A model generated the notes under the pieces. The model was given only the letters and a program-made list of their open reading frames with translations. It ran no database searches and was not told where the DNA came from. A stretch of DNA of 50,301 bases, counting the filler, from an uncultured virus (IMG/VR IMGVR_UViG_2061766007_003888) (Duplodnaviria > Heunggongvirae > Uroviricota > Caudoviricetes). It is 5 parts of one record of this genome, joined end to end, with 100 filler letters (N's around TTAATTAATTAA, not from the genome) between each part and the next. Parts side by side here need not be neighbours in the genome. Positions count along the whole stretch, not along the records: positions 10,372 to 29,465 come from IMGVR_UViG_2061766007_003888; 4 more parts are not named here. One strand, given 5' to 3'. This document shows, in pieces, positions 10,328 through 20,317 of the stretch (position 1 is the stretch's first letter; the number at the start of each line of letters is the position of its first letter). The translations under genes were made by a program, and so were the position numbers.

Positions 10328-11201
10328 NNNNNNNNNNNNNNNNNNNNNNNNNNNNNNNNNNNNNNNNNNNNTCTTGCAGGAAAGAGTGGAGTAATAGTCA
10401 TCGCTGTACGTTTTTTTCCACGCGTAACAGAATGAATGTATTGTTAAGTCAGGATTATACTTCGTACATATACGCGCGAAAAATTTCTGTATCCTGCCTT
10501 CGCTTTTCGTACACGAATCATCCGTAATGATGTCGTCGCAATCTTCGTACATTGACAAATCTATATCGTCCATGGTTTAAACCCTTATNNNNNNNNNNNN
10601 NNNNNNNNNNNNNNNNNNNNNNNNNNNNNNNNNNNNNNNNNNNNNNNNNNNNNNNNNNNNNNNNNNNNNNNNNNNNNNNNNNNNNNNNNNNNNNNNNNNN
10701 NNNNNNNNNNNNNNNNNNNNNNNNNNNNNNNNNNNNNNNNNNNNNNNNNNNNNNNNNNNNNNNNNNNNNNNNNNNNNNNNNNNNNNNNNNNNNNNNNNNN
10801 NNNNNNNNNNNNNNNNNNNNNNNNNNNNNNNNNGCCGAGTCTCTTCGCCAGGTAGAAACCGAAAGCTGCGTTATAGGCCAGGTTCACGATTCTCCACCTT
10901 TCGCCGGTGAGGTCGTTGCAACGATCCTGTTCGCGAAAGCCNNNNNNNNNNNNNNNNNNNNNNNNNNNNNNNNNNNNNNNNNNNNNNNNNNNNNNNNNNN
11001 NNNNNNNNNNNNNNNNNNNNNNNNNNNNNNNNNNNNNNNNNNNNNNNNNNNNNNNNNNNNNNNNNNNNNNNNNNNNNNNNNNNNNNNNNNNNTGAATTCC
11101 TCGTCGTCCGTTATACCGTAGAAATCAAAATATTTCGTGACCTTTGCGTCCATAACCCCGAATATAACTAATTCGCGGCAATCCGTAAACCCCTACGGAC
11201 G

Positions 11202-11233
11202 AAAAAAGACGGGATCCGTTACCGAATCCCGCC
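11202..11233 (-). terminator. Intrinsic terminator
   Basis: GGCGGGATTCG-GTAA-CGGATCCCGTC then T6. Confidence 0.8.
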
Positions 11234-11312
11234 CGGTGAGGTCAAAAACCGGTTCCCATACGCGGCAAGGTGTTTGGGGTTAGTAAAAGGTTGGGCCGCG
11301 TACGGGAAGTTC

Positions 11313-11432
11313 TCAGATCCCGAGCACCCCTTTCGCGAACGTCCCGAACAGGAGAACGGCGGGGAAACTCGTGGCCATCGCGGCGACAAAAATTACCGCG
11401 AAGAGAATTATTGCGAAAAGTATCATCTTCAT
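11313..11432 (-). CDS. 39-aa hydrophobic membrane peptide, leaderless
   Basis: MKMILFAIILFAVIFVAAMATSFPAVLLFGTFAKGVLGI; ATG 6 nt after TATATT. Confidence 0.65.
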   Translation of the reverse strand: MKMILFAIILFAVIFVAAMATSFPAVLLFGTFAKGVLGI

Positions 11433-11438
11433 GTCTAT

Positions 11439-11467
11439 AATATAGGAAATTTCCGGAATATCGTAAA
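11439..11467 (-). promoter_or_regulatory. Early-type sigma70 promoter
   Basis: TTTACG-17-TATATT. Confidence 0.75.
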
Positions 11468-11490
11468 CTTGAAGATTCGAGTTTTTTACG

Positions 11491-11760
11491 TCAGATTTCC
11501 ATCTTGTCGAGGTCGTCGTCGATCATGAAACCGAGCGGGTTCGGGGTATAGTAGAACTTCAGGCCCTTCTCGTTCACGACCGTCTTCTTGTAATCCTTCT
11601 TCAACTTGTCCTGGTAACGCCAGGTCAGTCGAACCTTCGCGATAGTGTCGTTCTTGAAGTTCCCCTTCACGGTGACGACCATGGGCGTGACCGTCCCGTT
11701 CATAACGTCCTTCACGTAGACCGTCGCTTTCGCCATGTACTGTTTCTTGTCGTAATTCAT
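11491..11760 (-). CDS. Hypothetical basic protein
   Basis: Own promoter and AAGGAG RBS. Confidence 0.8.
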   Translation of the reverse strand: MNYDKKQYMAKATVYVKDVMNGTVTPMVVTVKGNFKNDTIAKVRLTWRYQDKLKKDYKKTVVNEKGLKFYYTPNPLGFMIDDDLDKMEI

Positions 11761-11841
11761 AGTATAGACTCCTTACGGGCTATAATATAGTAAAATACAT
11801 GGAATTCGTAAACGCCCGTTTTAGACGAAAATTAAAACAGG

Positions 11842-12069
11842 TTACTTACAGATTTTCGAAACGACACTATCCCACAGTTTCATGCCTGCGTCCATTTCGG
11901 GCGAAGATTTGCTATCGTCCATATTATACTTGTAATACATCTGGTTGAAATCATCCCAGTTGACGTAATTGGCGATAAATGCGACCATGTTGCGTTCGTC
12001 TTCGGTAAGGGTTACGGTCTTTTTGCCCTTGCACTTGTTATTTTCGGGTTCCGGAAAACCAGGAATCAT
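11842..12069 (-). CDS. Hypothetical protein (paralog of 23479..23643)
   Basis: Promoter cassette with GAGGT RBS. Confidence 0.8.
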   Translation of the reverse strand: MIPGFPEPENNKCKGKKTVTLTEDERNMVAFIANYVNWDDFNQMYYKYNMDDSKSSPEMDAGMKLWDSVVSKICK

Positions 12070-12146
12070 GTTTGACCTCGTTTGCTATCGTTATGTTGTA
12101 AATATAGGAAAATACGGAAATAAGTTCGATAGTTATCGAACTAATT

Positions 12147-12428
12147 TTAAACAAGCGTTACCTTCGTTTCCGTGGCTGGCTCGAATGGGGCGATCGAGTA
12201 CTTCATCTCGAACTGTACCTTCATCACCACGAGGTTCTGCACCGGGAAGTTCTTTTTGAGGTAATCGACCGTGCGTCTCGCACCTTCCTCGCACCCGAAC
12301 TTCATCGCCCATTCCGGGCCGGTACAGTACTCGATATGCTTGGTCTTGGCGAAAGACCACGACTGTACCGCCTTTCCGCCGGCGGCGGGATTCACGACGA
12401 TGTAATGGATTACGGTATCCTTTTCCAT
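12147..12428 (-). CDS. Hypothetical protein (variant at 13742..14015)
   Basis: Complete ORF, GAGGT RBS. Confidence 0.8.
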   Translation of the reverse strand: MEKDTVIHYIVVNPAAGGKAVQSWSFAKTKHIEYCTGPEWAMKFGCEEGARRTVDYLKKNFPVQNLVVMKVQFEMKYSIAPFEPATETKVTLV

Positions 12429-12437
12429 GAAGAACCT

Positions 12438-12860
12438 CTAGATTCCTTGGTCCGGTCTGTGATCAGGTTTCCAGTAATTGACCTGTTCGCATCCTTCATC
12501 ATAGGAACGTTCGGTTTCGTATCCCATTTCATGAAAGACTTCTTCGGCCTTTTTCGCCTCGTCATCCGTATGGAACGATAACGTACCGTTTTCACGGTTA
12601 TATTCGGACTCGACATAGCGCCTGACATCTTCTTCGGCTTTTTTGACTTGTTTTCTAATAAACCGGTCACGAATTTCTTTTTGCCATTTTTGAATTAGGT
12701 ATTTTTCAATATCCTCGTAGACCTCGGAGTATTTGACATACTTCGGATCGTCTTCTTCCTTGATACCCATCTTCGTGAGAATCGTATCGACTACAGAATC
12801 CAACGCTTCGTCGACCGACGAATCAATCATCCTGGTGTAATCTTTTAAATCTGTTGCCAT
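12438..12860 (-). CDS. Hypothetical acidic protein present in only one strain variant
   Basis: Own promoter cassette; absent between 14025 and 14015. Confidence 0.8.
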   Translation of the reverse strand: MATDLKDYTRMIDSSVDEALDSVVDTILTKMGIKEEDDPKYVKYSEVYEDIEKYLIQKWQKEIRDRFIRKQVKKAEEDVRRYVESEYNRENGTLSFHTDDEAKKAEEVFHEMGYETERSYDEGCEQVNYWKPDHRPDQGI

Positions 12861-12942
12861 ATTGACCTCTTTGATATTTCAAATATAGAAATATCTGAAT
12901 ATTCCGTAAATATGAATATTTGAAATTTTTGTAAAGAAAATC

Positions 12943-13308
12943 CTACTTACAGAAATACTGGTAGCGGGTCTTCTCGATCTTGCGCATCCTGTTCTCGTCC
13001 GGTTCCAAGTCCTTGAGGTGTTCAGGAAGATTCTTCCATTCCTCGATGTTCTTTTCCGCGGACTTGGGACCGATACGGTGCCAGCCGTCGTGAGGACCGG
13101 CCCAGTCGTTCATGTCCTTCTGCTTCTGGTACTTGATCGGGGTACAGGATTCCTCGTCGTAACCTTCCTCGTCCTCGTAGATCTTGATAAGTTGGGCGTG
13201 TTCGCGTGCACGACGCTGCTGCTTGGTATCGTGCTTCCATTTCTTCATTGATTTGTGGGAAACACAATCACACGGAAACTTGTAAACTTTGCGGTAGGAA
13301 CGACTCAT
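12943..13308 (-). CDS. MSRSYRK-type basic phage protein
   Basis: Promoter cassette; divergent allele at 14025..14390. Confidence 0.8.
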   Translation of the reverse strand: MSRSYRKVYKFPCDCVSHKSMKKWKHDTKQQRRAREHAQLIKIYEDEEGYDEESCTPIKYQKQKDMNDWAGPHDGWHRIGPKSAEKNIEEWKNLPEHLKDLEPDENRMRKIEKTRYQYFCK

Positions 13309-13357
13309 AATATGACCTCTTGTTTATGTCTATAATATAGTAATTTANNNNNNNNNN

Positions 13358-13664
13358 TCCACATAATCAGGCCGGCGATTGCGGCAATTGTTTCGCGGCG
13401 TTCGAACAGTACCATGTCGAAATCAGGGCGCGACATGCAATATTTGTTCATGAAACTACCGCCGACAAATCCACAGGCGATCATTTCAAGAACCGCAATA
13501 TCCACAAACGAACGCATGAACTTCATCATGAACATCATTCCGATAACCAGTCCAATCATGCGTATACCCTTCATCTGACTACGGTGAAAGAAATAACCGA
13601 AAATACCGAAGAATGCGAAAGCGACACTGTAGTTCTTACGGGCAGAATCGGAAAGAAGAATCAT
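13358..13664 (-). CDS. Multi-pass membrane protein, partial
   Basis: About four hydrophobic segments; promoter cassette. Confidence 0.7.
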
Positions 13665-14024
13665 GTTTGACCTCGTTTGTTATTGTTATATTGTAAATAT
13701 AGAAAAATACGGAAATAAGTTCGATAGTTATCGAACTAATTTTAAATAGGTGTTACCTTCGTTTCCGTGGCCAGCTAGAACGGGGCGATCGAGTACTTCA
13801 TCTCGAACTGTACCTTCATCACCACGAGGTTNNNNNNNNNNCTTGAGATAATCGACCGTACGTCTCGCGCCTTCCTCGCACCCGAACTTCATCGCCCATG
13901 CAGGATCGGTACAGTACTCGATATGCTTGGTCTTGGCGAAAGACCACGACTGTACCGCCTTTCCGCCGGCGGCGGGATTCACGACGATGTAATGGATTAC
14001 GATATCCTTTTCCATAACGTTTAC

Positions 14025-14390
14025 CTACTTACGGAAATACTGATAACGTGTCTTTTCAATCTTCCACATTTCATTTTCAGTAGGTTCCAAGTCCTTGAGG
14101 TGTTCGGGGAGATTGTGCCATTCCTCGATATTCTTTTCCGCGGTCTTGGGACCGATACGGTTCCATCCGTCATGAGGACCAGTCCAGTCATTGGTACTGC
14201 GGTCCTTCTGGTATTTGATCGGAGTGCACGTTTCTTCGTCGTAACCTTCTTCGTCAACCACGATTCCGTTCATCTGTTCCTTTTCACGTGCACGACGACC
14301 ACGACGGGAATTTTCCTTCCACTTCTTGATACCCTTATGACCAACACAGCAGACAGGGAACTTCGCAACCTTACGATAAGAACGACTCAT
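14025..14390 (-). CDS. MSRSYRK-type protein, allele 2
   Basis: Collinear with 12943..13308. Confidence 0.8.
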   Translation of the reverse strand: MSRSYRKVAKFPVCCVGHKGIKKWKENSRRGRRAREKEQMNGIVVDEEGYDEETCTPIKYQKDRSTNDWTGPHDGWNRIGPKTAEKNIEEWHNLPEHLKDLEPTENEMWKIEKTRYQYFRK

Positions 14391-14458
14391 AATATGACCT
14401 CTTGTTTATGTCTATAATATAGTAATTTATATCATAGACGTAAACGAAAAAGTTAGAA

Positions 14459-14881
14459 CTATTCTTCCTGGTAGACCTCGCCCGTACCGTGGCAGTCGGG
14501 GCAAATCTTCCACTTGTATTCCTGTACGGTTTCTGTACCGTCTTCTTCCCTGTGGTACGAACCGTCGGCTCGGCGGTAATTACCCTGGCACCAGGACGTA
14601 GATACGCAGACGTTACGCTTGCCTATTCCCCCGCAATGAGGACAGGTACAGAGTGTTTTCTTTTTTCTCTTCTCGAAATTCGCGTTCGCGGTACGGAGCA
14701 TCCTGCGGGCTGATTTCATAAATTCCGTTTCTTCACAGTCTTCGTTCTTCGACACGTCATACATACAGTCTGCGACTTCGTTCCGTTCGATTACGCCGAG
14801 TCTTACCAGTTCGTGCAACGTATTCAGCATTTCACTACGGCTCATCCGTTTGAGCATATTCATCGTTTTCTGTGGAATCAT
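14459..14881 (-). CDS. Protein with DnaJ-type CxxCxGxG zinc finger
   Basis: CPHCGGIG ... CPDCHGTG. Confidence 0.75.
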   Translation of the reverse strand: MIPQKTMNMLKRMSRSEMLNTLHELVRLGVIERNEVADCMYDVSKNEDCEETEFMKSARRMLRTANANFEKRKKKTLCTCPHCGGIGKRNVCVSTSWCQGNYRRADGSYHREEDGTETVQEYKWKICPDCHGTGEVYQEE

Positions 14882-14966
14882 ACAATGACCTCTTGTTTAT
14901 GTGTAAAATATAGTAAATCCGTCAGTCCATATAGGAAATTACGTACGAAGTTTTCGGACGGAACGT

Positions 14967-15155
14967 CTAGTATCCCGTAGCGGGATGCTCCTTGCGCCAG
15001 TTACGGATGTTCTCGAAATCGTTGACCTTGTCGGTACGGAGGAACTCGTAGTCCGTGTACTTCCCGATCACCGTTCCCTTCCATTCCTTCGTGTCGTCCT
15101 CGATGATCCAGAACTTGCCTTTCTTGTAGACGATGCATCCCAGGTAAATCTTCAT
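14967..15155 (-). CDS. Hypothetical protein (MKIYLGC, 62 aa)
   Basis: GGAGGT RBS and promoter. Confidence 0.75.
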   Translation of the reverse strand: MKIYLGCIVYKKGKFWIIEDDTKEWKGTVIGKYTDYEFLRTDKVNDFENIRNWRKEHPATGY

Positions 15156-15680
15156 ATGACCTCCGTTATGTACAAAATATAGTAAAATACCGAAAATTCC
15201 GTACAAAAACATTCCGGTTATTTTATCGGTATTACCGCGTACAAATCGCTATCGCGGGTAACCCGTCAAAAAAGATTCGAATATATCGTATATCGAAGTT
15301 CCGGATTTTTCTATATTANNNNNNNNNNATAAAATATAGTAAATCCGTCAGTCCGTACGGGAAATTATGTACAAAGTTTTCGGACGGAACGTCTAGTATC
15401 CCGTAGCGGGATGCTCCTTGCGCNNNNNNNNNNCACCACCGTTTCCGAAGAACTCGACATCATGAACATGGTCGACGACGACTTCAAGATGTGGGGCGAC
15501 CAGCTCGACCTCGAGAGGGACGAATACTATCTCGAGACTTTTAACTACCGCCGCAAGATGGAAGCGATGGGNNNNNNNNNNTAAATTACTATCGCGGGTA
15601 ACCCGTCGAAAAAGATTCGAATATATCGTATATCGAAGTTCCGGATTTTTCTATATTATGTATATACAAGCGAGGTCACT

Positions 15681-16329
15681 ATGTACACTAACTTCAAGTC
15701 TACTACCGTTTCCGAAGAGCTCGACATCATGAACATGGTCGACGAAGATTTCACGATGTGGGGCACTCAGATCGATCTCGAGAGGGACGAATACTATCTC
15801 GAGACCTTTAACTACCGCCGCAAGATGGAAGCGATGGGCTATGTTCTCAATCCGCACTTCGACGAGACTATGTCATGGTGGAAGGAAAAGCACAATGATC
15901 GCCCGTACGACAAGTTCCTCGATTTCGACTGTAACGAATTCGTTANNNNNNNNNNGCTCCAGTGGTACGAAGACAAGCGTAAGGTGATCGCGTTCGGATA
16001 TACGCTGTACCAACGTCTTCTTACCGAAGAGGAACAGGAAGAAGATTACAGGATCTACTGCGAAGAATGGAANNNNNNNNNNTTATGTTCTCAATCCGCA
16101 CTTCGACGAGGACATGTCGTGGTGGAAGGAAAAGCACAGTGATCGCCCGTACGACAAGTTCCTCGATTTCGACTGTAACGAATTCGTTACCCCGGAAGAA
16201 CTCCAGTGGTACGAAGACAAGTGTAAAGTTGTCGCTTTCGGGCATACGCTCTACGAACGACTCCTCACCGAAGAGGAACAGGAAGAAGATTACAGGATCT
16301 ACTGCGAAGAATGGAACAGGGTCGCGTAA
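15681..16329 (+). CDS. Hypothetical acidic protein (overlapping variant fragments across gaps)
   Basis: Promoter cassette at 15651; fragments overlap. Confidence 0.7.
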
Positions 16330-16418
16330 GGAGGTATACCGTGGAAAAAATTCTCGACTTTTTCATCGACATGTTCGGCCTGGATTTCTATATTTGACGA
16401 TGTAAGAAGAGGTTATAC

Positions 16419-16577
16419 ATGAGGAAATACCATATCGTCGCGAAGAAAGGGCTTTGCACGTCCGACATTACGCTCGAGCTCGAGAATAAGGAACACTGGT
16501 TCGCGGATCTGGTTTACAAGCTGAGCGCGTTCGACGTTATGATGGATGATGTCGTACTTCTCGAGAGAATTGCATAA
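16419..16577 (+). CDS. Hypothetical protein, 52 aa
   Basis: CTATATT and AAGAGGT upstream; MRKYHIVAKK. Confidence 0.65.
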   Translation: MRKYHIVAKKGLCTSDITLELENKEHWFADLVYKLSAFDVMMDDVVLLERIA

Positions 16578-16750
16578 TGGTCATTATCTGCACCGTCTGC
16601 GCCGTTATCCTTTTCTTGTGCGGCCTCATGAAGACCATGTCCGGCTACAGCGCCGGGACCGGGATCGGGTGCATGGCCCTCGCGATCCTGTGGCTCCTCT
16701 ACCTCCACGCCGGGGTGGAGTTCACGCCGGAGCTTATAAATAATGTATGA
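16577..16750 (+). CDS. Small two-TM membrane protein, 57 aa
   Basis: TAATG coupling; MVIICTVCAVILFLCGL...ALAILWLLYL. Confidence 0.6.
   Translation: MVIICTVCAVILFLCGLMKTMSGYSAGTGIGCMALAILWLLYLHAGVEFTPELINNV
16735..16742 (+). promoter_or_regulatory. T4-type late promoter box TATAAATA
   Basis: Exact consensus, 4 nt before ATG 16747. Confidence 0.6.
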
Positions 16751-17266
16751 ACTGGGGCGAATACATAGAACGCGCGGAAGGAATCAACGAGGAATCGACT
16801 CTCGAACTCGACGAGAAGCTCGTACGCAAGGACATGGTCCGCGACGGCAAGAAGGTCAAGAGGTGGATTACCACCAAGCCCGGCTGGAAAGTGGAATACG
16901 ACAAGGGCCACAACCCCAGGGAAGTGAAGATCTCGGCCACGGAAAAGAAGAACAGGAAACTCGCCCAGAAGAAGGCGAAGCTCAAGCGCCAGGCCGAGAT
17001 GAAGCTCCTGCAACAGCGCCGTTTGAAATCNNNNNNNNNNTCAGAAGAAGGCGAAACTCAAGCGCCAGGCCGAGATGAAGCTCCTGCAACAGCGCCGTTT
17101 GAAGTCTTTCAGGAAGCGCGACAGGATCGGTCTCGACTACGACAAGGATCACCCCGCCACGGTAACGGCCAGGGAAGAGGGAAAGACGGTCCCGTCCGAC
17201 ATAAGGGGAGCGCTCAGGGCCAAGCTCGAGAAGATGAAGGAAACTCTCAGGGACAGGATCCGATAG
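16747..17266 (+). CDS. Basic protein resembling T4 prohead core protein gp68 (gap inside)
   Basis: Acidic N-terminus with I/L-x-E sites; VRDGKKVK..RKLAQKKAKLKR..RRLKSFRKR..IGL; late box upstream. Confidence 0.5.
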
Positions 17267-17528
17267 TACGGGTCTTGTCCTTCTCGATTCCGACGATGTC
17301 GTAATGCCATTCGGGCATGTTTTCTTTCATGAACGTGTTCATTACCTTCTTCACGGCGGATTCGTCCGACCCGTAACGCTTGAACACGTAGCTCTCGCCC
17401 TCGATATCCACCACGATCCTNNNNNNNNNNGCAGCGGTTTCATCCGATCCGTAACGCTTGAACACGTAGCTCTCGCCCTCGATATTCACCACGATCCTGT
17501 ACCGGTTCTTTTCTTTTTCTTTAGCCAT
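17247..17528 (-). CDS. Hypothetical protein, leaderless (gap inside)
   Basis: TTTACG..TATATT-6nt-ATG. Confidence 0.7.
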   Translation of the reverse strand: MAKEKEKNRYRIVVNIEGESYVFKRYGSDETAXXXXRIVVDIEGESYVFKRYGSDESAVKKVMNTFMKENMPEWHYDIVGIEKDKTRTIGSCP

Positions 17529-17661
17529 GGTACGAATATAGCAATTTCCCCGATATCCGTAAACGGGCGGAACCGGGGAAAAATCGACATATGGGCCCGT
17601 AATTACGGGCCTTGTATTCGTACCCGTAAACGAAAAGGCCCCGTAGAAGGGCCCTTTAACG

Positions 17662-18222
17662 TCAAAATTCGTTGTCTATCACGTATATTCCGTGATCGTA
17701 TCTCATCAGGCGGTTGACCCGGCAATACTGGTAGAAGTACCTGGGCGAGAACCCCATCATGAACGCGACCATGTTCGATACCGCCACTCCCGGGGCCAGG
17801 ATCTGTTTCCTGTCGCCTTTCACGAGTGTACGCATGAAGCTCTTCCTCCCCTCCTCCCTGCAACGGTTCAGGTATATGTCCCTCATCTCGCGGAACGAGC
17901 CGGACGTGTTGACCTTGTACCTGTGGTCGTTCCAGAAGATATCGTCCATGACCTTGAGGCACAGGCCGAACTTTCCCTTCGCGAAGTCGAAACAGAACTT
18001 TCTCGCCTTTTTCTCGTCGTCGAAAGTCTTCCAGGGACCGCGTGTTCCTTCTTCCCCGGATTCTAGCTCGTCGATTATGTCAGGACGGAGTTCGCGGCAG
18101 GATCTCTCCACCTTGCCGTAGAAATCGAACGCGGGGAGCGCGTCGCGATCGATCTCGGTGACGTCCAGCTCGTCGTAGAGCCTGTCCCCGAGGTATTCTT
18201 CTATCTTCCGTCCGAGTTCCAT
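17662..18222 (-). CDS. Hypothetical protein, probable late gene
   Basis: AATAAATA-4nt-ATG (18227-18234); terminator-like hairpin near 17633-17657. Confidence 0.8.
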   Translation of the reverse strand: MELGRKIEEYLGDRLYDELDVTEIDRDALPAFDFYGKVERSCRELRPDIIDELESGEEGTRGPWKTFDDEKKARKFCFDFAKGKFGLCLKVMDDIFWNDHRYKVNTSGSFREMRDIYLNRCREEGRKSFMRTLVKGDRKQILAPGVAVSNMVAFMMGFSPRYFYQYCRVNRLMRYDHGIYVIDNEF

Positions 18223-18229
18223 GTATTAT

Positions 18230-18607
18230 TTATTCCCCACATTCGTCATGAAGATACTTCTCGCATCCACGAACAATTGCTTCGACACATCCGTATCTTT
18301 CTTGCGTATATTTGCAAAGTTCTTCTTTGTTCATATCAAGAACTCTTTGACATTCTTCGTCGCAGTTGGTAGAGCTCGAGGACTCGACAGTCTCGACACT
18401 CGAGCTGGACACGGTCACGACGCTGGAAGAAGATTCGACGACGGTCTCGGAACTGGATTCGATTACCGGTTCGACGCTCGAGCTGGAAAGTTCCGTGACA
18501 TCGGAAGAGGATTCGACGGTTTCGTCCTCGACGAGTACCGGGCTCCATTCTTCGGAAGAACATGCGGTGAGGAAGGCGAAAGCCGCGAGAAGGATAATCT
18601 TTTTCAT
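18230..18607 (-). CDS. Lipoprotein with Ser-rich linker
   Basis: MKKIILLAAFAFLTAC lipobox; repeated ESSS/SSSS; Cys-rich tail. Confidence 0.8.
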   Translation of the reverse strand: MKKIILLAAFAFLTACSSEEWSPVLVEDETVESSSDVTELSSSSVEPVIESSSETVVESSSSVVTVSSSSVETVESSSSTNCDEECQRVLDMNKEELCKYTQERYGCVEAIVRGCEKYLHDECGE

Positions 18608-18691
18608 GTATAACCTCGTTGTTATATTCATAATATAGAAAAATATCCGAATATCGTAAATACGTATATTCGAATATTTCTTATCGGAACA

Positions 18692-18964
18692 TCAGTCCCG
18701 TTTCATCCACCTCGGACCGGACCGGTGCACGTGGATCCGGTTTTCTTCCTTCTTTTCCCTCGCCGACGGGCAGTTCGCGGTCCAGGCGCACGTGTTGTTG
18801 AGCTGGATCCTCGCCTCCCGTTCCGGGGTCCGCATGATCGAGCGGACGGAGTCTTCCCTGTCGATATAGTACCTCGCGTTGGGCACGGTGTCGTTCTTCG
18901 CCTGGAAATTGCCGGCGAACGAAACCGAAACCGAAACCAGTACGAACAAAATCCCGATTCTCAT
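18692..18964 (-). CDS. Secreted hypothetical protein
   Basis: Signal peptide MRIGILFVLVSVSVSFA. Confidence 0.7.
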   Translation of the reverse strand: MRIGILFVLVSVSVSFAGNFQAKNDTVPNARYYIDREDSVRSIMRTPEREARIQLNNTCAWTANCPSAREKKEENRIHVHRSGPRWMKRD

Positions 18965-18965
18965 A

Positions 18966-19040
18966 TCAATACCCCTTCAGCGCGTTGCGGATTGCGACGC
19001 CGGTCCCGCCGGCTATGACCAGGATGGAAATGATTACCAT
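18966..19040 (-). CDS. 24-aa membrane peptide
   Basis: First ATG after the cassette RBS; MVIISILVIAGGTGVAIRNALKGY. Confidence 0.55.
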   Translation of the reverse strand: MVIISILVIAGGTGVAIRNALKGY

Positions 19041-19096
19041 ATCGACCTCGTTTGTTTATATTTCAAATATAGTAATCTATCCCCGTACGGACGAAA

Positions 19097-19360
19097 CTAT
19101 TTCACGTTGTTTTTCTTCGGGTCGAGCCACGATTTCAGTTCCTCGGCGGACTTGAAGTCCTGCGTGGCATAGAGCCAGTCCCTGTCGTAGAACGCGACCC
19201 TCGCGATACACCTGGTGTCGTTGATCTCGTCGAACTCTACGGTCGTCTCCTTACCAAGCCGGATCGATCCGCCGTTCCCGTACTTGTATTTCCTGACTCT
19301 CGCTCCCGGCTTGAACGTACGGACGATAGCGAGCAGTTCGTCTTTCGCGATTTCCAGCAT
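19097..19360 (-). CDS. Hypothetical protein
   Basis: AAGGA RBS, operonic. Confidence 0.75.
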   Translation of the reverse strand: MLEIAKDELLAIVRTFKPGARVRKYKYGNGGSIRLGKETTVEFDEINDTRCIARVAFYDRDWLYATQDFKSAEELKSWLDPKKNNVK

Positions 19361-19369
19361 ATACGATCC

Positions 19370-19534
19370 TTACTGGTAGTTAGGGAACGCCTTACGGAGT
19401 TCTTCCGGAAGAATAAGATGTTTGGCGCCAGACGTCATGGTCACTTCATGATAGGGCTGAAGACTATACGGCCTGGCTATGCTTTCGATATGCTCCGACA
19501 TGATTGTGATGCCGTGGCGGGCTGTTAACATCAT
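19370..19534 (-). CDS. Hypothetical protein, 54 aa
   Basis: Fills the gap in the operon; GGGAG RBS. Confidence 0.55.
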   Translation of the reverse strand: MMLTARHGITIMSEHIESIARPYSLQPYHEVTMTSGAKHLILPEELRKAFPNYQ

Positions 19535-19561
19535 ATTTCAATCTCCCTAATTTCCATTCCG

Positions 19562-19825
19562 TTACTTCACTTTCCTTGTCTCGTTTTTCATTGCCTGCAA
19601 CTGGTCCTCGACGTCCAACTGACGGCAAAATTCCCTGACGTGACGGGAAGTAGTCGTCGAGCAGTCCCACTGCGGGAGGAGTTCGAGTTTCCCGTACGAC
19701 ACCCTGGCGACGGGAGTCTCGTACGACAACAGGGTCTTAATCCCGTTGTCCTCGACCTTTACCAGTGCCTTGTGGTAGAAAGACTTGCGGGAATCGAAGC
19801 GAGCGATGAGTTCATAAAGTTGCAT
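19562..19825 (-). CDS. Conserved phage hypothetical protein (KSFY.KA..L.SY.T..S.TT.RH type)
   Basis: Motif recalled from a common gut-phage family; promoter cassette. Confidence 0.8.
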   Translation of the reverse strand: MQLYELIARFDSRKSFYHKALVKVEDNGIKTLLSYETPVARVSYGKLELLPQWDCSTTTSRHVREFCRQLDVEDQLQAMKNETRKVK

Positions 19826-20119
19826 GATTGACCTCTCTTGTATATTCATAATATAGAAAATTCCGAACTTTCTTATAATAAAAACTTCGATGAATTTTCC
19901 TACAGATTTTCCTCTAGACGTCGATCAGTTCAAGTTCCAGGTTCATCACCTTCTGGAAGGATTTGAATCCTTCCACCTGTTCAATACTGTCAGGTTCCGG
20001 AATAAGGTCGGCTTCGTGCGGATCGTTCGCCCAATCGAGTACTACTTTGTCGTCGACTATCTTCATATTGGCGACATACTNNNNNNNNNNCTTCGATGAA
20101 TTTTCCTACAGGTTTTCCA

Positions 20120-20317
20120 CTAGACGTCGATCAGTTCAAGTTCCAGGTTCATCGCCTTCTGGAAGGATTTGAATCCTTCCACCTGTTCAATACTGTCCGG
20201 TTCCGGAATAAGGTCGGCTTCGTGCGGGTCGTTCGTCCAATCGAGTACTACTTTGTCGTCGACTATCTTCATATTGGCGACATACTGCCCTGTCTTCTTG
20301 TTGCGGACTATCTTCAT
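20120..20317 (-). CDS. Hypothetical protein (variant at 19914..20080)
   Basis: Promoter cassette. Confidence 0.75.
   Translation of the reverse strand: MKIVRNKKTGQYVANMKIVDDKVVLDWTNDPHEADLIPEPDSIEQVEGFKSFQKAMNLELELIDV

Noticed and set aside
14459..14881. dnaJ chaperone
   Set aside because: Only two CxxCxGxG motifs; no J domain or HPD motif
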